From the NCBI RefSeq assembly GCF_006345805.1, contig NC_043000.1, positions 57,102,001 to 57,166,000 on the forward strand: DNA of 64,000 nucleotides, read 5' to 3'. The notes under the pieces were generated by a model, which saw nothing but the letters and a program-made list of their open reading frames with translations, searched no databases and had not been told where the DNA came from. Both the position numbers and the translations under genes were made by a program. This DNA is from Octopus sinensis (taxonomy: Eukaryota). Below are positions 51,286 through 63,787 of the stretch, piece after piece; the first letter of the stretch is position 1; every line of letters starts with the position of its first letter.

Positions 51286-51919
51286 GATAAAGAAAAATCA
51301 GGATAGCAAAACATGTTGCTTAACAAGAATTTTATTCACATTCCATTTCATTTGTTGCCATTATCTGATTACAAGTGTGTTGCAGTAAAACAGCATTAAC
51401 ATTAGAGCATATTATTTCATTAATCAATGACAGAGAGAACTAGTTATCTAAAGATGAAAATATTTAAAGAATTCTTTTATGTCATGTCAGTCATTCTTTA
51501 CTTTGAAATTCTTAGATGCCATGAACTGATTTATCAATTATTCTTCTTTCAAATTTTCCAAAATAGACTTAGGAATTGAATGATAATTAAAAAGAAACCA
51601 GTAACAAGAAGAAAAAAAACACAAAAAAGCTATTCCTTTTAAATATGAAAGTGATATGTGGAAATGTAAAAAAAAAAAAAAAAAAGAGTAGAAAAAATAC
51701 ATGGTTTTAATTTAAAGCTGCTTCTCATGATTGATGTCATAGTACAAGGTTTAGTCTTTGTAACAATAGCTGTTCATTAATGATGCTTTTCAGATTAAAA
51801 GCTGCTGAAATGGATTCCCTTCATGAGGAATAAAAGACTTACACTTCTGACAACAAATTCATCCAAATGGGTTTATTTCTAAACTAATCTCATCTGTAGT
51901 AACATTCATCCTACCCACT

Positions 51920-51956
<37 letters not shown>

Positions 51957-52496
51957 CTGATCCCTTCCTGCATTCTCAGTTTAGTTCTGCCACCAAACAT
52001 TTCTGTTTAAAGCATTTAACAGCCAAACCCCATTCCTCCCTGTTTCAGTTCTCAGAATTCCTTTGCTTCTTTCACTTCTCCTTGTTATTATTACTTTTTT
52101 TTTTGTATGTTTTTGAATATCCTAGCAGTTCTATGTAGCAGCATTTCAGTCTGCTGCATGAGTTGCAGGAATCGACAGCCTCCTGTGGCAGCCGCCACAG
52201 ACTATTCAAAACAAAGTTAAGCAAAACTTGTTATGCCCCACATACACACTAACTGCTTATTTCTCTTTCGGATAAAATTAAAAATGAAACTATGTTGTTA
52301 AACACACACGTATATTGATAGTATCTTTTCTTTAAGTTAAAAAGCCAAATATAAAAAGCTTTGGATTCTGTCATCATATTCAGCGTCATTTGTTGAAAGG
52401 CTTGTGTAATTATGTAAGATTTCTATATTTGCACTGAGCAGCATTTAAAACTAAATATCTTTTACAGTGATTAGATAACAGAAATTGTAGTTGTTC

Positions 52497-52499
52497 TTT

Positions 52500-52541
<42 letters not shown>

Positions 52542-52565
52542 AGAGTAGTGGTGGTGATGATGGTG
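52497..52565. repeat. (TAG)n microsatellite
   Basis: Directly visible. Confidence 0.9.
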
Positions 52566-52625
52566 AACTTAACAACATTGTCAAAATCCTACTGCTTTCT
52601 ACTTTCCTTCACACAGGACCTGTAA

Positions 52626-52676
<51 letters not shown>

Positions 52677-52844
52677 GTAAAATACAGTGCTCAATTTAAT
52701 TGAATATTTTTCCCTATGAATTTGTGACCTTGTGCCAGGGTTGATTTAACTGACATAGCCCCTCTCCCAAACTCACTGGCTTTGTGCCAAAATTTAAAAC
52801 CATTATTATCATTAATATTATTATAAGAAGAAGAAGAAAACAGT

Positions 52845-53720
52845 AGTGAGCTAGCAGAATTGTTGGCATATCAGACAAAATGTATTTTGTCTGTCTTAAA
52901 TGTTCTGAGTTCAAATTCTACCAGGGTTGACTGTGCCTGTCATCTTTTCGGGGTTGATGTAATTGACTAGTCTCCTCACCAAAAATTTCAGATCTTATAC
53001 CTTTAGTAGAAAGGATTATCATTTATGAGGATAAGGCAGTGAACTGACAAGAATCGTTGGCATGCCTGACAAAATGCTTTGCAGCGTTTCATCTGTCTTC
53101 ACGTTCTGAATTCAAATTCCACTGAGGTCAACTTTACCTTTCATCCTTTTGGGGTTGATAAAGTACCAGTTGAGCACTGGGGTCGATGTAGTCAACCCCT
53201 ACTCCAAAATTGCTGGCTGTGTGTCAAATTTGAGATTGTTATTACCATTATTATCACCATCAAGGCAGCAAGCTGGCAGAATTATTATCATGCTGGACGA
53301 AATGCTCAGCAGCATTACATCCGTCTTTACGCTCTGGGTTCAAATGCTATTGAGGTCGAGTTTGCCTTTCATCCTTTCATGGTTGATTCAGCTTAGCACT
53401 GGGTTTGATGAAATCGGCTAACCCCTACCACTACCAAATCTTAGGCCTTGTGTCTATATTAGAAGTAATTATATTATTATTGTTGTTAAGGTGGCAAGCT
53501 TGCAGAATTGTTAGCACATTGAACAAAATTCTTCACACCATTTCTCCTGGCATTACATTCTGAGTTCAGATTCTGCTGAGGTTGACTTTGCTTTCATCCT
53601 TTTGGGGGTTAATAAAACAAATACTAGTTGAGTGCTGGGGTCAATGTAATTGACAGGGTCCCCTCCCCCATAATTTCAGGCCTTGTGCCTATAGTAGAAA
53701 GGATTATTATTATTATTATA
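52845..53720 (+). mobile_element. Four head-to-tail SINE family 2 copies
   Basis: Heads near 52845, 53034, 53263 and 53489; each has ttctgagttcaaatt/c, ctttcatccttt and ggggt(t/c)(g/a)at, and an (ATT)n-like tail. Confidence 0.85.
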
Positions 53721-54379
53721 AATAGTTGTAGTAGCTGTTGTTGTTACAGCAGCACTACCACACCTCCATTATCAGTAGTACTATTACTACTATGTAGCAG
53801 AAGATTGATCCTTCCTGGGTTTTTCTTTAACATAATTAAGCCTCTTCAAGTAAAAATATTGTTTACCTTTTTTTCTTCTTTTTTTGAAGTCTTCATCTTC
53901 ATGCAGAAAATGATTTTGTACATGAGAAGTGACAACTGTTTCAACTAACTGATTTAGTATATAGGTTATGATATACACAGTATGATAGATACATTTCCTT
54001 TTTGTTGTCTGTAGAAAGAAAGAATAAATTAGTTTTACAGGCTCAGTTATGAATATTTTGTGAAAGTTTGTCAGATCAACAATACAGATATTAAACCTGA
54101 GTAGGTATTTTCTCTACTGAAACTGTTAAATTGTTTGTTAACAGCAATTTTTGCTTTGTTGTCAGTCCACCTTAGCAGATATTCAAGATAATGGCATATA
54201 ATGATGGTTTCAGGCTGCATTCTCTGGCAGTTCTTTTCTTTTTCTTCTACATCATTTTTTTTTTCTTCTTAATGTAAAAGTACTTAGCCTAGAAGCCTAT
54301 TGGAATGGCACTTTCTATATCCTTTCACCTTAAAGCCTCACAGTTCTATCCTTACATAAGAATGTAGCAGAATTGTTAT

Positions 54380-54620
54380 AATCATCATCATCATTTAACA
54401 TCCATTTTCCATGCTGGCATGTGTTGGACAGTTTGACAGGAGCTGGCAAGCCAGAAGACTGCACCAGACTTCACTATCTGTTTTGGCATGGATTTTACAG
54501 CTGGATGCCCTTCCTAACACCAATCACCTTATAAAGTTGATTAAGTGCTTTTTATGTGGCACCAACACTGGTGAGTTCTGTTTTGGCATGGTTTTTACAG
54601 CTGGATGTCCTTCCTATTAC
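54380..54620 (-). mobile_element. (GAT)n-tailed element 3' end with an internal duplication
   Basis: (CAT)n ttaacatccattttccatgctggcatg...; ctgttttggcatgg.ttttacagctggatg occurs twice (about 54478 and 54578). Confidence 0.7.
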
Positions 54621-57519
54621 ATTGTTGAACTTAGTTTTGTCCCTTTATGTTTCTATGTAAAGGAGTGTACTGAAATTCAACCTGATTGACAGTGCCTTTC
54701 TTGGTTTTGGTGTTAATATAATTGCCTTCATTCCTTTGAAATATAATTGCCTACATTCCTTGAAATGTGTGCTAGTGTTTGAAGTGGCTGGCTGAATTGA
54801 TAGAGCACCCATGAAAATGCTTTGTAAAAGTTATGTTTCTCTAAATTTTGAGTTCAAATCCTGGATTTTTATACTTCTCAGTAATGTTGATAAAATTAGT
54901 ACTGTACAAATCTTGGGGACAACTAAACCAACTGTATCTTCTTCACAAATTTCGTGACCATGAGCCTAAGCTAGAATTCTTTATCATTGCTAAAAATTAG
55001 AAATCTGATAATATTCACCAAAGCATAAACACAATCTGTGTGTGTTCCTGTGTGTAGGGGAAATATATTTTAATTGCTTCTAAGATAAGAAATAACGTAC
55101 TAATTAACGAAATCCCTGAGTGTGTCAGTTTCTCTTCCACAAGATGAATGCTATTACCTAAAGCTATTATTATCACTATTTCTTAACTATCCATTGTGAC
55201 TTGAGCAACATGAACTGATTATCAACTGAATTATCTGGTTTAAGAAATGAAAAATAAAATGGAAATGGTCAGAACATTTTGACTTGGAAAGCATATTAAT
55301 ATGAATTAGAGTATAAAAGTACAATTATTATAGATCTGCTTACATATTAGAAACTGCAATAATGACAACCAAGCAGTGATTATACACATCTCTTTATCAG
55401 AAGACTTGGAAATTCTCTTCTAAAACTTTGTAAGTAAATTTTTCTGAATAGTGAAGGGGATGATCCAAGTTTTTGTGAATGTAGCGTATGATTTTGTTTC
55501 ATTTTCTATAAGGGACATATATGCCTGAAGCAATATTGTGTGCAATGTCTAAAAAGTTGACTGTGTTAGTATTTATACTTACAATAATTTCAAATTCATA
55601 ACAGATCATCACTCAATTGCCTCCCCATTTTGAATTAATTCCAATTAAGATTTCAAGGATGTCTTTCCTGTCTTTTTTAACCATAATTGTCACACTTAGG
55701 TGTAAATTTAATTAATCAATAGTTCTTGTGTCACTACATTGTGTATGTGAGTACCAACCTTATTGTTTGGTTTTCATGCAGAGTACATGTCCTTGAGTAT
55801 TTTACCTGTTTTGAGTGATATGCTTGGTTGAGCAATTTGAATATTTTCTTCCTAATATTCAGAGTGATGCACTTGGTAAGAGCAGCTGCCAAACTGCAAC
55901 TTATTGAGTCTCATCTTACAAACAACTTGGCTATGTGGTTAAGCTCACTTTACAAGCATGTGGTTTCAGGTTCAGTTCCACTGCACAGCATCTTCTAAAG
56001 TAGCTCCTGGCTGTGTGAGTGAAATTGGTAGTTGAAGACTATACGACAACCCACCAAGCATGTGTGTGCATGTGTGGGTGTGATGAACATTAATATTTCA
56101 CAGCTTACTGCTGCCTGAGCAAAGCCATAATATGGTGTTTACATTCTTTGTTGACATTACAACTGGTCCTTCTACCCTTTCAAAGACCAAAGAAATAAAA
56201 TATCTTTGCTTGAAAAACAGGTAAGGGTTAGCAACAGGAAGAACTTACTGCTACCAATTCCTGTTCAACCTGTGCTAGCAGGAAAACAAAAATAGATGTT
56301 AAAATGAACCAACAAACAGTCTTCTAATATTTCATGAGGTAAACTACTTTGATATCCATGGCAACTGTGTGGGGAAAGCTATTTTATTTTGTCCTGTGTT
56401 CTCATTATTTTCTTCCTTTCTTAATTTCCCTCTCATCCTTTCTTCTTTAATGTTGTATCATTTCCATCTTCTTCCTTTCCAATACTTTTTTTGCTAATAG
56501 TGTTTTTGTTATTCTCTGAACAGAATTGGTACATGCACACCATGCATGCATGTATGTATGTATTTATGTTCACACACACACACACGCTCACACACAAATA
56601 TATACATACACATATTCAGTTTCCCTCACCTTGTTATTGACTCATCTATTCTACTATACACTCCACTATGTCCCATTCTCTCTCTCCCTCTCTCTCCATT
56701 TATTTTCTTCTTAACTGATCAGTTTTCCTTCTTCTTTAGCCGAAATTTATATATATCTCTATTTCCATTATCATTCCTTATTTTTTCGCTTTCCTTCATC
56801 ATCTTGCCCAAGCCTGCTTCCTCTTCACTTCAGTAGCATATCTCCCTACCTTGTTCATGCTCTCTCCCTCTCCCCTCCCCTCACCCCCAATCTTTACTTT
56901 CTCCATTTCACAACCAGCCTGTTCATGATGTTCATCCACCTCCCACTTACTCTACATTTCTTGTTCTTCTCAGTCTCCTGCTTCAAACATTCAATTAAAT
57001 CTGTGTATGAATGGATATACAAGTGTTGTTATTACTAATGTTGGTAGTAAATCCATGTATGTATGTATGTATATATACATGTGTGTGTGGGTGCGTGAGA
57101 GAGAGAGAGAGAGAGAGAGAGAATTTGTGGATGTGATTACTGAATTCTCTCTTTCAGTCCCTTATTTCTTCAGTGATGTTAATTAAACAATACCAAAACT
57201 GTTGTGCCAATCCCTAATTATAACCATTGCTTGTTATTCTCTTTTGGCTGTGCCTAAAATTGTTTGATGTTGAACCCCACCTCACTTATCAGCTACTATT
57301 TAAAAAGTACATATAATACTAAAATAATAGATAAATGAAGTGCCTTGTCCCTTTATTTATTTCAAAACAAACATAATGTAATGACTTGCTATGGTTTCAT
57401 CAGTCCTTTTTGCTTTGTTTTATCATAAATTAGACCCAAGGCTTCCATTATTGTCACATAAGACTATAAGATCTGCACCTAAAAAAAGACAAAAAATTCA
57501 CCTCCAAAGCACAGGCCTT

Positions 57520-57832
57520 TTACCTCTTACTCATTTTACTCAGTAGACTGTGGCCATGCTGGGGCACCGCTTTGAAGGGTTTTAGTTAAACAAATCAACT
57601 TCAGTACTTTTTTTTAAAGCCTGGTACTTATTCTATCTGTTGCTTTTACAGAACTGTTAAGCAGTGGTGGAGGACTACAACACACTTCTTTCAGTTTTTG
57701 TCTACCATCTACCAAATCCACTCCCACTCACACGGCTTTGGTCAGCCTGAAGCTATAGTAATAAGGTATCATGCTGGGGACTGAACCCAGAACCATGTAG
57801 TTTGGAAGCAAACCTCTTACCGCCCAGCCTCA
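57520..57832 (-). mobile_element. SINE family 1 copy, internally deleted
   Basis: Homologous to 10021-10439. Confidence 0.75.
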
Positions 57833-58287
57833 GCATTTTTTTTTTTTTTTTGGAAGATAAGCAGTTGCCCATGCACATAAATTTCCCCTCTCAAAACCAC
57901 TAATGTTATCCAGGCAACAGGGATATTCACTGGTTTTGTTTCAATTAAGTTTGGAAAATAATGACTAATTTAGTAAAATAACTTTCTCATTCTCAAGTTA
58001 GTATTTAGAGCATAAATTGAAATGAAAATGTGATGAAAAGTTTAATTTAGACCACTTGAAAAAAGCAAGTTTGTATTATTAAATTGGGGGTGGACTCAGG
58101 TAGGTTGGTATTAAAAGGTTAATAAAAAAAAAAAAAACAATGAAAAAAGTAGTCACTAATTGGCACTTTTAGCAAGTGTCTTTTATAGCCCAGGCTGACC
58201 AATGCCTTGTGAGTGAATTTAGTAGATAGAAACTGTATGGAAGACCACTGTGTGTGTGTGCATATAAATATATATGTGTGTGTGTAG

Positions 58288-58675
58288 CTGATGCCAGTGC
58301 CGGTGGCATGTAAAAAGCACCATTTGCTGGTGGCACATAAAAAGCACCATTTAAGCATGGCAGTGCCAGTGCCACTTGACTAGTATATAAAAAGCAATGT
58401 TTGAGTATGACCAATGCCAACTGACTGGCACGTAAAAAGCACCATTTGAGCATGGGTGATACCAGTGCTGCCTGACTGGCTCTCATGCTAATGGCATGTA
58501 AAAGTACCCACTACACTCTTGGAGTAGTTGGCATTAAGAAGAGCATCTAGATGTAGAGACTTTGCCAAATCAAATTGGCGCTGAGTGCAGCCTCTCGGCT
58601 TACCAGTTCTCAGTCAAACTGTCCAACCCATGCCAGCATGGAAAGTAGATATTGACGATGACGATGGTGATGATG
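58288..58675 (+). mobile_element. (GAT)n-tailed element with internal ~55-60-bp tandem subrepeats
   Basis: Repeated gatgccagtgcc...actggc...taaaaagcaccattt, ending gtccaacccatgccagcatggaaag...gatgatgat. Confidence 0.8.
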
Positions 58676-58694
58676 ATATATATATATATATATA

Positions 58695-58885
58695 AAGGGA
58701 GAATTCACGAAAAAGACAAAGACAAAAGAGTAAGTGCATAAATGTGAAACAAGGTGGAACGAAATAGTACTTGAATACCAAAGCTAGAGCAATATGCTTC
58801 ATTGTTAAAGCTGCAAAAACATCACAAAAATATGACAAAAACTGCAATTCAGAGTTTCACATTCCCATTCATCAGACAGTTGTGA
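58695..58885 (-). mobile_element. Probable Penelope-like element terminal fragment carrying a hammerhead-like motif (58840-58881)
   Basis: Minus strand AACUGU CUGAUGA AUG-GGAA-UGU GAAACUCUGAAU U GCAGUU; begins in a (TA)n tract. The Penelope assignment is inferred from the motif type. Confidence 0.5.
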
Positions 58886-59332
58886 TCAAGAATCTTGATC
58901 AACATTAAGTACCAGACTTTAAAATGAGTACTAGGAATGATTAGTTGGACTAAAACCTTCAAAGCAGTGTTCTAACATGGCTGTAGTCTAATGACTGAAA
59001 CAAGTAAAAAATAAAAGAAGTTAGTATATGTAAGATTACATTATCTAATATATTTTGGTGGGGAAATTTTTCAAGGTGTAATTTGTTTGTCATAAATTCT
59101 TTATCCTCTTTGGCTCCTCCTTAGCATTTAGTCTGCACCGTGTTGGAACTTCCATTTTTAGAAATCTTGCTAAAAGCTAAAAGCTCTTGTTTCACCTTAT
59201 CAATGTAAATTTCTTCTTTTACTGGAGTGCTTGACTTATATATTTGTTCTGAGTTCAGATCCCAACTAGTAATTGCTTTGCTTTTACTCTCTCTTCCACC
59301 TTTTAAGATAGCTAAAATAAAGTACCAGTAAT

Positions 59333-59706
59333 TTTTTGTTTTACTTGTTTCAGTCATTAGACTGTGGCCATACTGGGGCACTGCCTTGAAGAATTTTTAG
59401 TTGAATGAATCAGCCCCAGTACTTTTTTTTTCAAGCCTGGTACTTACTCTATTGGTCCCTTTTGCCAAAAGTGCTAAGTTACAGAGACATAAACACAGCA
59501 ACACTGGTTGTCAAGTGGAATAGGGGGACAAACACCAACACAAAGACACACACACAGATATATATATGATGGGCTTCTTGCACTCACAAGGCTTTGGTCA
59601 GCCTGAGGCTGTAGTAGAAGACGCTTTCCCAAGGTACCACACAGTGGAACTGAAGATGGAACCATGTGGTTGGGAAGTAAACTTCTTACCACACAATCAT
59701 ACCTGC
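59333..59706 (-). mobile_element. SINE family 1 copy inserted into a family 2 SINE
   Basis: Homologous to 10021-10439; host SINE 2 halves at about 59245-59330 and 59710-59780. Confidence 0.8.
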
Positions 59707-59787
59707 ATTACTAAAGTTGATTTAATCAACTAACACTTCCACTTAAATTTATGGCTTTGTGCTTATGTTATAAATCCTTATTGGTAA

Positions 59788-60005
59788 AAGCAATGGATTG
59801 GCAGAATAGTTAGTGTGGGAAATGGTGTTTTGAGGTATTTGTTTTGGCTCTTTACATCCTGAGTTCAATTCCTGCCTGGGTTAGCTTTGCCTTTCATTAT
59901 TTTGGGATTAATAATGAAAAGTACCAGTCAAGTACTGGGGTTGATGACCAACTAATATTCTCTTTTCAAACTTGATAGATTTGTGCCTAAATCAGAAATG
60001 ATTAT
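59788..60005 (+). mobile_element. SINE family 2 copy
   Basis: ttggcagaatagttag...gagttcaattcc...tttgcctttcatt...aagtaccagtcaagtactggggttgat. Confidence 0.75.
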
Positions 60006-61936
60006 AGTTGTTGATCAGTTGAAGGAAGAGAAATGGCACCTATGACCTTTGTAACTTATTCACTCACACACGCACACAGGTGAGAGTGTTTTGACTGATG
60101 TTTAGCTTGAGCTTCTGATGTTCAGTGCAAGTAGAAAGAAAGCCTAGACAGGGATGTAAATTTCAGAGGATCACCTCTTCTAAGGAGGAATGTTGGGAAA
60201 GGGTTTTAGTGTGATGAGTTTGGGAGAGGAGATGATGAGAAGTGACAATAGATTAATTAGGTGTACTTGTAGTACAAAATAGTTCAGTTTTCTAATTCAG
60301 AAGACCAGTAGTATTTTTGTTTCAGTGGCTAGTGTCATCATTTAATGTCTATATTCCATGATGGTATGGATTGGATGATTTGACAGGATTTGATAGCCTC
60401 CAAGGATTGCATCATACTCCAGTATCTGTTTTGGCATGCTTTCTCTGGCTGGGTGTATACTGGGTGCTTTTTTTCCCATTCTACCAACATTAGTGAGGGC
60501 ATCATGCAATTTTCAAGACTACAAAACCAGAAGTAGGCAAGAACTTTATCCTAGGAAATGAATTGCAAAAGATGGAGGAAAATAATATATTGGGATCCAT
60601 TCTATTGATTAAATATCCCTCTGTCAATCTGGACCTGTATGTAAAAATTTAAGAAATCATTATGGCAGAATTAGTTGAGTGACAGACAAAATGCTTTATG
60701 GTATTTTTATGTTCTCAGTTCAGATCCAGTACTGGAGTTAAGAAAATTGATTATATCCTTCCCCTAAATTTGTGACTTTTCATCTGTTTTAGTAATCATT
60801 AATTAAGTCATTGTTTAAATCCTAATTAAGTAGACCTATGATCAGCAGTGCTTCGGCTATGACCATACTGTCCTTATTGTCTATATAGGATTACATTTAA
60901 AATAGTGTATATACTTTATGAAGCTGGCCAGATGTGATATAGAGGAATTTTGCTCTATTTCCTGCAGGCTGTGTAATCACGTAGAGGCTCCCTTGTTAGT
61001 TCATAGAAATCCTATTATCATATAAGGAATGTGAAGAAATGGTAAGGTGTAGACTTTAATATTTTACTATATATAGTCTTTCTCTTCATTGTGAGGCCAA
61101 GCCTGTTGGGAGGAGAGAATCTAATACAACAAATAACAAGCATGTATTTGTTCAGGTACTTGTAATTTCCATCCGTCCCACCACTTACCTGCAAACTCTG
61201 GCCTTTTGGCCAAAACCCCAATTTTTTTAAATTATGAAAAACTAATATAAATTTCCAGTCTATTATTAGTACTAACACCTTACATGGAAGTTAAGAAGTG
61301 CTATTTAAAGTGTACACACATACATATGTTCATACAAACACAAAACTCATATAAATACACACACCTGTGTGTTTTTGTTTAACATGTTTACATAGATCTC
61401 CTTTTAAAATTCTTGGCTACAAAAACTATTTCTTTAACTGCTATCTATGATCAACATTAGCGTTTTTACAGCTGTTTTCTCATACTAGCAGGATGTAGTA
61501 TATAAAGATGAGTTGATGATGGCACTATCTACCTTATTCTTGCTGCTTAGATACAACATCTGTTGATGATATCCAGTAACTATTCTTTTTTTTTTTTTCG
61601 TGTGTGTGTTCTTCTTTCTTCAGTTTCTCTTCTACGCAATACTATTTCATGGTGGTCAGACATTAAAATTTATTTTCCGACAGCTGCATATGACATTTAG
61701 TCACCGCATTGTTATCACCACCACCACCACCACAGCCACCAATTTTTACAGTCATATTCCTATGCTGTCATACCTTTTACGTCCTACACACTATTGCTGC
61801 TAATTCCAATATTTCTTACAATTCTAATATTTCTTGTATCTTAAGATTCATACATCACTATTATTAGTCATCATTAACATTTCTTGATTTCTTGAGTGTG
61901 TACACACACACACACACACGCACACACACACACACA

Positions 61937-61979
<43 letters not shown>

Positions 61980-61985
61980 CACATA

Positions 61986-62384
61986 TCTTTTACTTTTTGC
62001 TTGTTTCAGTCATTGGGCTGTGGCCATGCTGGGACACCACCTTGAAGGTTTAATTGAACAAATCAACCCTAGCACTTATTTTTTTAAGCCTGTTGCCTAT
62101 TTCATCAGTTTCTTTTGCTGAATTGCTAAGTTACAGAAACATAAACAAAAACCAACACTGGTTGTCGAGCAGTACTGGTGGACAACACACATACACAAAG
62201 ACATATGCACAGATATATGTGTGATACATGTATGTATATACATATGACAGACTTCTTTCAGTTTCACCAACAAGGCTTTGGTTGACTCAAGGCTATAATA
62301 GAAGATGCTTGCCCATGATGCCATGCAGTGGGACTAAACCAGGAACCATATGGTTGGGAAGCAACATTCTTACCACGCAGCAAA

Positions 62385-62388
<4 letters not shown>
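61986..62388 (-). mobile_element. SINE family 1 copy
   Basis: Homologous to 10021-10439. Confidence 0.8.
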
Positions 62389-62440
<52 letters not shown>

Positions 62441-62455
62441 CACACACACACAGAT

Positions 62456-62884
62456 ATGTAGCGAAGACTTTGCCTGGCTGGTTGTAATGTCATAGTTTCT
62501 TGTTGACGTTTTTTCTTGTCTTTCCATTTCTCTTCTTTCCTTCTGTCACTCCTTTGTGTTGCCTCTTCTATGGTGCGTCGCCAGTCTCTATGGTTGCTGG
62601 CAACTGCTTCCCAGTTGCTAATGCTGATGTCGCCTTCATGCTCCTTTTGCAAACATCCTTGTATCGTAAGAAAAGTTTTCTCACTGACCTAGTGCCCCTA
62701 GCAAGCTCTCCGTAGAGTCTTCACTACATTTGCGGCACCTGTCAGAGGGAGTGTTTGTCCAGGATAGGACTACACAGTCACAGCAGGAGATGTATTAGGG
62801 CATCAAATGTAAAAGCCAGACTTGATTATGTTATGCGCAACTCCATTGTCTCCCTAGACAAAAAAGATGCCAACAACAACAACA
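62456..62884 (+). mobile_element. 5'-truncated RTE-clade LINE with inverted 5' part (62456-62715 on the minus strand) and (CAA)n tail
   Basis: Minus part LYGELARGTRSVRKLFLRYKDVCKR / ISNWEAVASNHRDWRRTIEE...QSLRYI; plus part SLHYICGTCQRECLSRIGLHSHSRRC (C-terminal zinc-finger-like motif), then ccattgtctccctagac...gatgccaacaacaacaac. Confidence 0.85.
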
Positions 62885-63325
62885 TATATATATATAAGGC
62901 AGCCCCAACATGTGCTCTCTCATTCATTCACCTAGCAGCTATAATCCCGAGCACAGATAAGTTTGAATGCTTATTTTCACTTCTCGACCAATCATACATG
63001 TTTTTTTATCTGTTGTTATTTATCTATCTAACTATTTTATCTAATTTCTCCTCTATTAATTCTGCCCGACCAAGTCTCGCTCTCTCGTCTATATCAACCT
63101 TCGCGTATTCGCGGTGCACCCACCCTGCCCACCCCCACCACCAATACCGGATATCTCTATATTTTTGCTCCATCTATACCAGATGTCACTTCTCCCACCA
63201 CCATTATAGGTGTCTACTCTTCGAACCCCCCTCCTCAATACGCTATTTCACCATGCATTACCCCTCTCTTGATATCCTACGTTCTACTTGCCTAGAACCT
63301 GTCATCATTTCTCTGAACCACCCCT

Positions 63326-63395
63326 CCCCACTGGTGCTCCCCTATATTTCTGCACCCCCCCCCCCACTGGTGCTCCCCTATATTTCTGCACCTCC
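63326..63395. repeat. Tandem duplication of about 35 bp
   Basis: ccccactggtgctcccctatatttctgcacc occurs twice. Confidence 0.9.
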
Positions 63396-63399
63396 CCAC

Positions 63400-63689
63400 A
63401 TAAAAAGCACCATCCGAACGTGGCCGATGCCAGCACCGCCCCGACTGGCTTCTGTGCAGGTGGCACATAAAAAGCACCAACCGACCGTGGCCGATGCCAG
63501 ACCCCTCTGGCACCTGTGCAGGTGGCACGTAAAAAGCACCCACTACACTCGCGGAGTGGTTGGCGTTAGGAAGGGCATCCAGCTGTAGAAACACTGCCAG
63601 ACCAGACTGGAGCCTGGGGCAGCCCCTGGCTCCCCAGACCCCGGTCGAAACCGTCCAACCCGTGCTAGCACGGAAAACGGACGTTAAAC

Positions 63690-63720
<31 letters not shown>
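63400..63720 (+). mobile_element. Young, CpG-rich copy of the (GAT)n-tailed element 3' end
   Basis: ggcacgtaaaaagcacccactacactcgcggagtggttggcgttaggaagggcatccagctgtagaaac...ggacgttaaac(gat)n. Confidence 0.85.
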
Positions 63721-63722
<2 letters not shown>

Positions 63723-63787
63723 ATATATATATACACGCACACACAATTCACAATTGCAGCATGGAAGATGTTCATAAGCCGTTTAAG

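Noticed and set aside
58288-58500. Regularly spaced repeats resembling a CRISPR array
   Set aside because: Degenerate internal subrepeats of a dispersed eukaryotic element, also seen at 63400-63540; the intervening sequences are homologous to each other and there are no cas genes.
62755-63588. Longest ORF in the track (277 aa)
   Set aside because: Chimeric read-through across a LINE tail, (CAA)/(TA) repeats and another repeat element; no coherent domain.
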